DNA of 64,000 nucleotides from a virus: IMG/VR virus record IMGVR_UViG_3300045988_160639; one strand, given 5' to 3'. The position numbers and the translations under genes are program-made. Under the pieces are notes generated by a model. That model was not told the origin of the DNA. It did no database searches and worked only from the letters and a program-made list of their open reading frames with translations. Shown here in pieces: positions 45,791-54,310 of this stretch. The number at the start of each line of letters is the position of its first letter. The stretch's first letter is position 1.

Positions 45791-46906
45791 TTAGTCTGCC
45801 ATCAGACTATAAATACACCTATCAGAACCGTCATAAACAATAAAGTTCTGACTTGGTTTTGTTATCTTACACAATGAAACGGCGTAATCGTCACTTCCAC
45901 ACAAATTACCATTAACAGTAACGAACACATCACAATCGTTTATATCCTTATAAGAATGTGTATGTCCAAGGTGAATTTCCTTTGGAAGTTTCTTATATAC
46001 ATTTGTAAAATCAGAAATTACAGTGGCAAGTTTATCATTCTGACCGTGTGCAACACAAATTAACTCACCATTGATTTCATATGATACAAAATCAAGACCG
46101 TGAGATGTAATGAGAGTTACACGCTTATCAAGTCTAAGCCTAAGAAATTCAGGAATAAGCATCTCGAAATTTTCAGATGTCGCACAAGCCTTCTTATCAG
46201 CGAAGCAACGACCATGATTGCCTAATGTGGTGACAACTTTAACATTCTCATAATATGGGATAAGCTTATTTATGACCTGTACAAGAAGTTCAGAAACACC
46301 TACTATCTGAGTGATAATATCAGCTTCTTCAACATTTCTTGACGATATATTTATAATACCGTCCAACATATCACCATTTATTTCAACAATAAGGTCTGTT
46401 ACACCGTGTTTCTTGCTCTTAGCAATAATCTTATCTACAATGATATTAGCACGTTCAACAGCAACATCTAAATCATAATAATTCCACTGATTATCTATTA
46501 GCTTGCCATAGTGCCAATCTGAAAACTGTGCAATACCATAAACTCTTTCTAATTTTATGCTTGACTTAAAATCATTCAACTTAATAGGTCTTAAATTCTT
46601 GATTTCTTCTTTGAGAACGTCTGTAAGTGTTTCAAATCTTGCTTCATCACGCAAAATTTTTCTCTTTTCTCTGAGAATGTCTGCATTTTTACAACGTTCT
46701 TTATATACTTCGTTTCTTAAAATTTCAAGACGTTCCTGTTCTTCAGTAGAACAACCCTCAGCAATCTTATTGACGAAATACTTATATACAGCATATCCAC
46801 CATAGCGACCGCCAGTAAATGATTTTCTAAGTACATCTGGATGAGTATTAGTGTTTAACTCATCAACCATATCCACCCAAGTTTTATTGTTCAGAGGATT
46901 ATCCAC
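45791..46906 (-). CDS. Calcineurin-like metallophosphoesterase
   Basis: Motifs 'FSDWHYG', 'INGDMLDG', 'TLGNHG' and 'LGHTHS'. The true start is probably upstream (in-frame ATA at 46954, 6 nt after AGGGAGGG). Confidence 0.75.
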   Translation of the reverse strand: MDNPLNNKTWVDMVDELNTNTHPDVLRKSFTGGRYGGYAVYKYFVNKIAEGCSTEEQERLEILRNEVYKERCKNADILREKRKILRDEARFETLTDVLKEEIKNLRPIKLNDFKSSIKLERVYGIAQFSDWHYGKLIDNQWNYYDLDVAVERANIIVDKIIAKSKKHGVTDLIVEINGDMLDGIINISSRNVEEADIITQIVGVSELLVQVINKLIPYYENVKVVTTLGNHGRCFADKKACATSENFEMLIPEFLRLRLDKRVTLITSHGLDFVSYEINGELICVAHGQNDKLATVISDFTNVYKKLPKEIHLGHTHSYKDINDCDVFVTVNGNLCGSDDYAVSLCKITKPSQNFIVYDGSDRCIYSLMAD

Positions 46907-46968
46907 CTTGTCTACAAGGTATTCAAGCTCCTCTTCATATGTAGAAAAATTTATATTAAGCCCTCCCT

Positions 46969-47151
46969 TTACAGTTTCTCACCATAAGAAACTGAAATCT
47001 TAACATCGGGCTTACCTACAAAATCCTTAATAAAGTCAGCAAGCACAACAGGCTCTTCCATATCTTCTACCTCGATAGTAATTATACCGTCATCAGTAGA
47101 AATAAGACCCTTTACGTCGCAACTATATTTTCTGTTAATTTTTGAAGCCAT
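46969..47151 (-). CDS. Small hypothetical protein
   Basis: 60-aa ORF in the operon between the PhoH and phosphoesterase genes. Confidence 0.4.
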   Translation of the reverse strand: MASKINRKYSCDVKGLISTDDGIITIEVEDMEEPVVLADFIKDFVGKPDVKISVSYGEKL

Positions 47152-47169
47152 TATAAATATCTCCTTGCA

Positions 47170-47871
47170 TTATTCTAATTCATCTGCATAGTTACTTATC
47201 CAACCACGATAATTATGCGTGAGCTGACACACAGCACACCTTTCATCTTTTGCAAAATGATTAAGATAACGTACAAACCCACTGTTCTGAGGGTTACTAT
47301 ATAAATCAATCTGTCCTGAATGACCTATAACAACCACCTTGCAATTATCGTGTATTCTTGTAAGCACCTTTTTCAATTCATCAGTGTAGTAATTCTGTGC
47401 CTCATCAACAATGACGATTTTATTTTCAAAATTACAACCACGCAAAAACGTGTGTGTCATACATTCTATATATGCAGTACCATTCTTTTCATTCATTATA
47501 TCTGAATACATAGCTGTATTTAGATTTACACCTATCTTTTCCAAAGCTTGATAAAAAGGCTCAAAATAGGGTTCACTTTTCTCTTCGATTGAGCCTTTAA
47601 GAAAACCCTGTTTCTGTTCTTGTGTAGGAGCAGCAATAAATACAATGCCATTATACCTTCCAAATTTAACAAGAAGGTCTGCTGTTGCAGTTGCTATTGT
47701 TGTTTTACCCGTTCCTGCTCTTGCATTACAAAATACTATAAGTTTATCTTTGTTCCAAATAGCATCTCTAAACGCCTTTTGCTCATCATCAAGTGTTAAT
47801 CCAAAGAAAGGATTGTCTTCTAATGTTTCCGGTGGATTATCATATGTAATAGAAATTGATTTTCTTCCCAT
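47170..47871 (-). CDS. phoH: PhoH-like ATPase
   Basis: 'CNARAGTGKTTIA' (Walker A), 'IVIVDEAQNY' (Walker B) and 'VVVIGHSGQIDL'. Confidence 0.8.
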   Translation of the reverse strand: MGRKSISITYDNPPETLEDNPFFGLTLDDEQKAFRDAIWNKDKLIVFCNARAGTGKTTIATATADLLVKFGRYNGIVFIAAPTQEQKQGFLKGSIEEKSEPYFEPFYQALEKIGVNLNTAMYSDIMNEKNGTAYIECMTHTFLRGCNFENKIVIVDEAQNYYTDELKKVLTRIHDNCKVVVIGHSGQIDLYSNPQNSGFVRYLNHFAKDERCAVCQLTHNYRGWISNYADELE

Positions 47872-47872
47872 A

Positions 47873-48496
47873 TTAAAGCACCTCGTCCAAGGAACAATCT
47901 ACACCAATAATATAGTCAGTAAAACCATATTTCTTTGCTTCATCAGCATAAGTGTAAAATTCTACACGATAATTTTCGTCATATTCCTTTTCAGTAAGGT
48001 TACTGTGTTCAAGAACATATTCCTTAATTCTCTGCTCACGTTTTTCTTGAAATTTAAGCTGGTCTTTACACTTTGCAGAGCTATCCCACACAAAATTCTG
48101 TCCATCGTGAAGAAGAAAAGTTGCATTTGGCATAGCATAACGTTTATGTCCTGCAAGACCAATAAGAAATCCCATACTATACTGGTATGCAAGATTTATC
48201 GTATACACTGGAGTTTTACTATTTGTAATGACATCTATAATTCCAAACCCGTCTATAACAGACCCTCCAACAGACGTACAATACAGAAAAATAGGCTTTC
48301 TATCAGCTACATCAATATCCTTATCTTCAACATTGAATCTCAAAATTTCATAGATTACATCGTGAGCTGAAATAGCTTCAATTTCATCATTGAGATAGAT
48401 TTTTCTCTCCGAATGCGAACTCATATCAAACAAGTCCATATATTCACAATTTACAGTGAGATTTGCATTTTCCAGAGGCTTCTTAACGTCAATCAT
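47873..48496 (-). CDS. clpP: ClpP-family serine protease
   Basis: 'IFLYCTSVGGSVIDGFGIIDVI', 'YQYSMGFLIGLAG' (catalytic Ser), 'FLLHDG' (His) and the C-terminal 'YADEAKKYGFTDYII'. Confidence 0.75.
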   Translation of the reverse strand: MIDVKKPLENANLTVNCEYMDLFDMSSHSERKIYLNDEIEAISAHDVIYEILRFNVEDKDIDVADRKPIFLYCTSVGGSVIDGFGIIDVITNSKTPVYTINLAYQYSMGFLIGLAGHKRYAMPNATFLLHDGQNFVWDSSAKCKDQLKFQEKREQRIKEYVLEHSNLTEKEYDENYRVEFYTYADEAKKYGFTDYIIGVDCSLDEVL

Positions 48497-48520
48497 ATTA
48501 AAATTTTCCTTAAAAATAAG

Positions 48521-48711
48521 TTACTGTCACACGACAGCCCTATGTTTTACATAGGATATTTGATTTTTTGTTACTGTCCCACAGCCGTACCTACTATAAG
48601 AAAAGGAGATAAAATATATTTTCAGGAGGTATATATTTATGAAAAGAGTTTGTAAAAGGAGATGAACCACAGTGGCTTGTGGATATAGTAGGTAGGGTTC
48701 TGGGACAGTAG
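48521..48711. repeat. TTACTGTC(A/C)CA-containing repeats: two direct copies plus one inverted 28-bp arm flanking a mini-ORF
   Basis: TTACTGTCACACGACAGCCCTATG at 48521-48544. TTACTGTCCCACAGCCGTACCTACTATA at 48571-48598. An imperfect inverted arm at 48684-48711. AGGAGG plus ATG at 48639 opens an 8-codon ORF (MKRVCKRR) between the arms. Confidence 0.6.
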
Positions 48712-48721
48712 GGATAGTTAG

Positions 48722-48916
48722 TTACTCAGTAATTGACCTAACATCAGTATTTCTGAGCTTCGCCAAAGCAATAAGATTTCTCTTTTCTTCAACAAGATAA
48801 TACTTTCCACGACCTGATTTAGTTCTGAGGGTCTTGTGGATTTCTACATTAGAAAGTATTTTTCTGAGTTCCTGCGCTTCGGCTTTTGAAATTGCGATCA
48901 AATTTTTAACCACCAT
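48722..48916 (-). CDS. Small basic hypothetical protein
   Basis: 64-aa ORF. Co-oriented. Confidence 0.4.
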   Translation of the reverse strand: MVVKNLIAISKAEAQELRKILSNVEIHKTLRTKSGRGKYYLVEEKRNLIALAKLRNTDVRSITE

Positions 48917-49025
48917 TCATAATAAATTTTTGTTTAATTTGTCAATTTACATTTGACTTATTGTGTGATATAGTATATACTAGGGGGCTTATTTAAAACT
49001 ATATCATATCATATATTAACAATAA

Positions 49026-49075
49026 TAGAAATCACCCACAAACCACATAGATACGTCATTTGTGGGTGATTTCTA
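49026..49075 (-). terminator. Terminator hairpin after 49097-49999
   Basis: 17-bp stem TAGAAATCACCCACAAA / TTTGTGGGTGATTTCTA with a 16-nt loop. Confidence 0.6.
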
Positions 49076-49096
49076 TATTAAATAAAAATACGGAAA

Positions 49097-49999
49097 TTAC
49101 TTCTTTTTTCTCTTTCTATCGTATTCCTTCACATATTTATCTTGACATTCATTACACCTCTTCTTATTTTTTACTATACCGACAACTTCAAACTCAGTAC
49201 CACAATCACAACAAACAATGGTTTTTATATTCTTTTTCTCATATCCTTGACATTTATCACAATATATCTGATGATTAGATTTCTTATAAAACACATTGCC
49301 ACACTTATTGCATTTTCTAATTTTCTTATTACCGTTATACCATTCAAACCAATATCCAATATTATTATAATTAATTATTTCAAACGCAACCTCGCCAAAA
49401 TCACCATTATAATCAATCTGCTCCATAAAGTTCATTCTGATACAACCGCGATTGTAAAGCTGTAAATAACCCCTCTTAGCAAGTTTTGAAATGAGGTCTA
49501 TATTTATATCTACCTTACTCGAAATATTACTTATTTTCTTCAGGTTAGAATATCTTGATGTTCCACCTTTAAAATAAATGTTATCATAAGGTTCATCTGG
49601 TTTCTTGATTTCAAAGTATTCTTTATTAAGTTTATAGACTATAAGCAATGTAAACAACAGTTTCTTTTCATCAAGAGTCAGTTCTGCACTATTGAAATAA
49701 TTAATCTCACACTTTAGAACAGGAACACTTTCTATTGTTATTAATTGATTTTTCTTACAAGTAGAATAATCTATCGCCTTATTAACCACCTTGTAGTATC
49801 TCATTCTGTGATAATCTTTGATATATTTCTTACAAATATTATGTAGTTCATTCTTTCTATCTTCCTTTTTTCTTATATCAAGAATATCACGAAGATAAAG
49901 TGCCACAAGTTTAATTTCTGTGTTAAAATACTTTTTAGAAAATCCGTGTTTAATTATATTTTCAGCATAATCTAAGTCTTTATATTTAAACTCATTCAT
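49097..49999 (-). CDS. Hypothetical protein with a C-terminal multi-CxxC zinc-finger cluster
   Basis: 300 aa. 'KCNKCGNVF..YCDKCQG...CCDCGTEF..RCNECQD'. Overlaps the upstream polymerase-like gene by 4 nt. Confidence 0.5.
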   Translation of the reverse strand: MNEFKYKDLDYAENIIKHGFSKKYFNTEIKLVALYLRDILDIRKKEDRKNELHNICKKYIKDYHRMRYYKVVNKAIDYSTCKKNQLITIESVPVLKCEINYFNSAELTLDEKKLLFTLLIVYKLNKEYFEIKKPDEPYDNIYFKGGTSRYSNLKKISNISSKVDINIDLISKLAKRGYLQLYNRGCIRMNFMEQIDYNGDFGEVAFEIINYNNIGYWFEWYNGNKKIRKCNKCGNVFYKKSNHQIYCDKCQGYEKKNIKTIVCCDCGTEFEVVGIVKNKKRCNECQDKYVKEYDRKRKKK

Positions 50000-52791
50000 A
50001 CTTCAACCTCCTGCACAGAATAGTTTTCACCCAAATATGTAACATTGCCGTTTTTATCAGGCATCGGAAACATCACTGTAGTTTTGTTCATTCTAAGTTT
50101 TTCATAAATATATCTACCTATTAACTCCCACATAACATCTTTACTTTTTTGAGGATTATTTATGTAAAAATAGTCAATTACATAATTAAACGCACAACAT
50201 ACGCTTCCGACAGAAGCTATAATATCATATGTATACTTTGAAAAATCAAATATGCCACGTTTATCCTTTTCTTTTTCTGCATTCTCAAACTGTAACTCTC
50301 TATAAAAAAGTAAACATTCATCAATAATTCCTGATACTTTTTTATAATCAGAATTATCATATTCAATATCGTATTTTAAATCTAATACAGCTTTATCAGA
50401 ACTTTCTTCTTTAATCTTTTTTGAAATTTCAAAGTTAATACCCTCTATGTATTTACAAAGCAAATTCATTGAACTATCGCTCATTGTAACAGGCATATAC
50501 TTATAATAATTATCTAAGAAAGTCATTTGTTCTGGGGTCTTTTGACTTAAATCAATTAAAGACTTTAAGGAAATACCAAAACGCTGTTTGCAAGCTGTTT
50601 CATTGCTATCAACATATTTATCATACTTCTTCTTACAATCAGGGTATCTGTATCTAAAGAAATATGGATATTTGTCAAGAAGAATACTATTATAAAACCT
50701 TATTTTCTCTATATCCTCTGGCGTATAGCTGTTCTTTTCAGCCGTTTTATCATCAGTTTTTCGATATTCAACCCATAATTTTGGAATACCCTTAACCTCT
50801 CGTCCCAGTTTAGTCTTATCAATCTGACAGCTCTGTGCTTTACAGCACTGGATTAACCTTGAATATGTAATTCTCCACATATCATTATCTTTGCCATATT
50901 TATCTTCAATTTCTTTAAGTAAAGCGTAAGCATTACTACTCTTATTTGTTATTTGACCAATAATTGAACCAAAACCAAACTTGTCGGCATTCTGAATATC
51001 TTCTTTTGTAAAAATTTTCTTTTCAGGCTTTGGAGCATCATACGTCATTGTTAATTCATTTCTGTAAACACCCTTAATAATTGTGGGGTCAGACGTTGTT
51101 GCTAAAATATCAAGATCAAAATCTGCACCCCCGAAATTCTGCACTGTATGACCAAACCAATTTATTATAATGCCAGTTTTGCAATACCTGTACCATTTCT
51201 CAGTTTCAGCATTCTTTTTTAAATTCATAACAACGTGTTCCGATCTGAAAGTGAGGGGAGACCTCATACCGTCTACCTGTGTTACGTTGCGCTCATTCCA
51301 ATAGTTTGAATAAAATTCATCTTTATCAAGTAATCCAGTTGGTTCAATACCACAAACGTGTTGCATATAAGCATATGGGTCAGATACTAAAGTCTGAAAA
51401 TTACCCTTGACATAAATATCACCCATGCAACCCTTTTTTATTTTATTCTTTATCAAATCCCTTATTTTTGTACGAATAAACTTATCATTCTTCAAATCGG
51501 GATTTACCACAAGTGACTTTAACCAATAATTATCACTACTTCTCAAAAAATTGTTTATGCTTTCTTCTGTATTATTTGCTCCAAGCAAAAACAGCAACAT
51601 ATATTCAAAGTTATCATATGAAACACCCGTTATCCAATCAACAAAAGGCTTGCATAGTTCCTTTATGTCAGTTTCGTTCAAGTTCAAAGTCTGTAAGAAC
51701 TGGTAATTCATCTTTAGAATGTTTTTACACTCTTTAGGTGCATACTGGGGAATACCCCATTTCAAACCGTTTTTGTGGCATTTTTCAAGGTAATCATCGA
51801 CACCATTATAACAATTCCAAAGCTTAAACTGCGATTCAGAAATAATAATGTCGTAATCTCGAAGATCAACTTTTATATAATTTCCACTTTCATCTTTATA
51901 AATCGTATCTACTATGTAATTGCCACCGTTTATTTCTTCACAAAATTCGTGAATGGGGAACGTACAAAGCATACCCTTTATAAAGCTTTGCCTTAATCCA
52001 AATTGTGAGGGTATATAATCTAATCCTAACTCATTAGCCCATTTCTTAGCCTGTCTTGGAGATATAAGTCCCATTCCGTCAGTTCTGTTAAAAGTCTGTG
52101 TAACGGTCTTATCTTCTACTAAATCATCGGTGTTTCCTGCTATCTCAGTTACAAAATGTACGTCAAAGGTATCGGTATTTTCAAAATCTTTAACTACAAT
52201 AAACTTTGGTTCACTTACAACCTGAGTTGCAGAACTGCTAAGTCCAAAATAGGCATTATATTTACTTGCAGCGAGAGGAATATTCTTGTTTCTGTCATTA
52301 TCAAGTCTGTGAATTACTTCATCAATAATATCATCTGGACAAACCACAATAGTTGATTTACGAGCTTGTCCAGCAGAACAACTCAACCTGTGATAAACCT
52401 TGCCGTTTATTTCAACGCCATTTTCACAAATATAATCATAATCTTTTGTGCTTTCCATAACGATAGTTACATAATCTTTTACATATAGCATATCGTCTAT
52501 TTCAGATTGTACTTTGTTTCTGTTAGCAACAATCTTTTCAATGTCATCTTTTCCAAGAGATTTTGAATTTGAAAGCTTTTTATCATAAATTTCTCTGTCT
52601 GTATATAATCCCTCAACCTTATCAAAATCAATAACCTGCCCACGGACTTCTCTTATTGTACGAAGCATCTGACTATCAGCCAATGCAATTACACATTTTA
52701 ATTTTTTAGCTTCATCAAATTCCATATTAATTTTATACCCAAATTCCTTCAGAAGCGAAGATTTAAATTTCAGTGTATATATCTGTCTCAT
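49996..52791 (-). CDS. RdRP-family / YonO-like single-subunit RNA polymerase candidate
   Basis: 931 aa. 'VDGMRSPLTFRSEHVV...IIINWFGHTVQNFGGADFDLDILATTSDP...FGFGSIIGQITNKSSNAY' parallels the RdRP-family (QDE-1/YonO) pattern 'v.RsP....d......vif......lsGGDxDGD......lG.i.n.h'. Confidence 0.55.
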   Translation of the reverse strand: MRQIYTLKFKSSLLKEFGYKINMEFDEAKKLKCVIALADSQMLRTIREVRGQVIDFDKVEGLYTDREIYDKKLSNSKSLGKDDIEKIVANRNKVQSEIDDMLYVKDYVTIVMESTKDYDYICENGVEINGKVYHRLSCSAGQARKSTIVVCPDDIIDEVIHRLDNDRNKNIPLAASKYNAYFGLSSSATQVVSEPKFIVVKDFENTDTFDVHFVTEIAGNTDDLVEDKTVTQTFNRTDGMGLISPRQAKKWANELGLDYIPSQFGLRQSFIKGMLCTFPIHEFCEEINGGNYIVDTIYKDESGNYIKVDLRDYDIIISESQFKLWNCYNGVDDYLEKCHKNGLKWGIPQYAPKECKNILKMNYQFLQTLNLNETDIKELCKPFVDWITGVSYDNFEYMLLFLLGANNTEESINNFLRSSDNYWLKSLVVNPDLKNDKFIRTKIRDLIKNKIKKGCMGDIYVKGNFQTLVSDPYAYMQHVCGIEPTGLLDKDEFYSNYWNERNVTQVDGMRSPLTFRSEHVVMNLKKNAETEKWYRYCKTGIIINWFGHTVQNFGGADFDLDILATTSDPTIIKGVYRNELTMTYDAPKPEKKIFTKEDIQNADKFGFGSIIGQITNKSSNAYALLKEIEDKYGKDNDMWRITYSRLIQCCKAQSCQIDKTKLGREVKGIPKLWVEYRKTDDKTAEKNSYTPEDIEKIRFYNSILLDKYPYFFRYRYPDCKKKYDKYVDSNETACKQRFGISLKSLIDLSQKTPEQMTFLDNYYKYMPVTMSDSSMNLLCKYIEGINFEISKKIKEESSDKAVLDLKYDIEYDNSDYKKVSGIIDECLLFYRELQFENAEKEKDKRGIFDFSKYTYDIIASVGSVCCAFNYVIDYFYINNPQKSKDVMWELIGRYIYEKLRMNKTTVMFPMPDKNGNVTYLGENYSVQEVEV

Positions 52792-52828
52792 ATGTTATCG
52801 TCTCCTCAAATTTAATAAAAATCTGTTT

Positions 52829-53578
52829 TCATACATTTGTATTCTTAATTCTTTCTTTAGCAATCTCAAAATATGTATTATCTAATTTAATCCCGATAAA
52901 TTTACGATTAAGATTCTTACAAGCTACTCCCGTTGAACCTGAACCCATTGTAAAATCCAATATAATGTCACTCTTATTGCTAAATGTCTTTATTAACTCT
53001 TCCAATAATGCAACTGGCTTTTGAGTTGGATGAAAATTAGATTTTAAACAATCTCTCTGAAACTTCCACACCTGAGTAGGATATCTCCACCCAGTATCTA
53101 TGTATTCTGTAACCTTATGTTCTTTATTGTCCGACAACTTACCGATAACACCATCTTTTACTTTGTTTGAGCGTGGCTTACCCTCATATTTAATCATCTG
53201 TGGATTATATGTAGGTTGTTTTTCATAAAATATAGATATAGTTTCTACCGTTTTACCAATTCTTCTTTTAACCTGCTGAATATTAGTTAATCTTTCCTTT
53301 TCCCAATAAATATCATATTTATAATCTTTTAGATTAGACATTCTCAACTCAGAGGCAAAAGGCTCTTGCCCAAATAATATAATCGGACTTGTGGATTTGG
53401 CTATTCTTTTCAGCTGCTTCCACATATTATCAAAAGGAATTATAATATCCCAAGAACAGGACGTAGAACCATAAGGCAAATCAGTAATTACACAATCAAT
53501 GCTTTTATTAGGGATATTCTTCATAAGTTCAAGACAGTCACCACACCAAAGAGTAACATCATTCATACTTGTCACCAT
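52829..53578 (-). CDS. N6-adenine/N4-cytosine DNA methyltransferase (beta class, orphan)
   Basis: 'IDCVITDLPYG' (motif IV) precedes 'HPTQKPVALLEELIKTFSNKSDIILDFTMGSGSTGVACKNLNRKFIGI' (motif I). No adjacent endonuclease. Confidence 0.85.
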   Translation of the reverse strand: MVTSMNDVTLWCGDCLELMKNIPNKSIDCVITDLPYGSTSCSWDIIIPFDNMWKQLKRIAKSTSPIILFGQEPFASELRMSNLKDYKYDIYWEKERLTNIQQVKRRIGKTVETISIFYEKQPTYNPQMIKYEGKPRSNKVKDGVIGKLSDNKEHKVTEYIDTGWRYPTQVWKFQRDCLKSNFHPTQKPVALLEELIKTFSNKSDIILDFTMGSGSTGVACKNLNRKFIGIKLDNTYFEIAKERIKNTNV

Positions 53579-53888
53579 CCTTACTACTCTGTATCAGTTT
53601 CCACAAATCCTCCAACGTTTCAGAAGGTACAACATTATTATTTACATCAGTAACTTCCATATCTTCCTTAGTTCCCCATTCTTTTTCGTATATGTACCAT
53701 TCTATCCAACTTTCATCGTCACCGATAATGTCAGAAATAGTCTTTATAATAGGAAACAATGATGTGTTGCCAATAAATTTATCACCAACATCTCCAAATA
53801 ACTCGTTGAATTTGTCGTATATACTTTCCAACGAGTAGTATCTTTCCTTTACAACTGTCATAAGTTTTATAAATTGTTCTTTAGTCAT
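53559..53888 (-). CDS. Hypothetical protein
   Basis: 109-aa ORF overlapping both neighbours. Confidence 0.4.
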   Translation of the reverse strand: MTKEQFIKLMTVVKERYYSLESIYDKFNELFGDVGDKFIGNTSLFPIIKTISDIIGDDESWIEWYIYEKEWGTKEDMEVTDVNNNVVPSETLEDLWKLIQSSKDGDKYE

Positions 53889-54310
53889 TTATTATCTTCC
53901 TTTCTTAACCTAACAGCAAAATTACCGCCCACAATATCATATGTAAAATCAATATTCTCAAATTTCATAACTTCCTGTATCTGTGACAGATGAAATAAAT
54001 AAGCTGTCTTACCTTTTCTAATCTCAGATAGTGTATCGTTTATCATTCCAACATAATACTTGTCCAAAGTGTCACCGTCACAAGTCATCTTATGTCTGTC
54101 ATCAACAGGTCTTCTTATAAGTCTCTTATCATGTGATTTACCAGTATTCATACGAAGATTGAACGAAATGCTATCCATAATTTTGCTCATATTCTTAGGG
54201 AAATAGTTGTCACAACAATAGGGAAGACCTCGGCTTGAACAGTTTCTAAATCCGCAAGTAGAACAATCGTAATGCAACCCTACAGAAGCAAATTCCTTGG
54301 CAAAGTTCAT
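53885..54310 (-). CDS. Cys-rich hypothetical protein
   Basis: 141 aa. 'DCSTCGFRNCSSRGLPYCCDNY'. Confidence 0.4.
   Translation of the reverse strand: MNFAKEFASVGLHYDCSTCGFRNCSSRGLPYCCDNYFPKNMSKIMDSISFNLRMNTGKSHDKRLIRRPVDDRHKMTCDGDTLDKYYVGMINDTLSEIRKGKTAYLFHLSQIQEVMKFENIDFTYDIVGGNFAVRLRKEDNK

Noticed and set aside
47645-48370. 241-aa plus-strand ORF
   Set aside because: It is antisense to the well-supported PhoH and ClpP genes, and its composition is low-complexity hydrophobic.
19308-49045. Shared AAATCACCCAC stem sequence in the terminators at 19308 and 49029
   Set aside because: A single 11-nt match between two hairpins. It is probably coincidence or a common terminator origin, with no further extended similarity.
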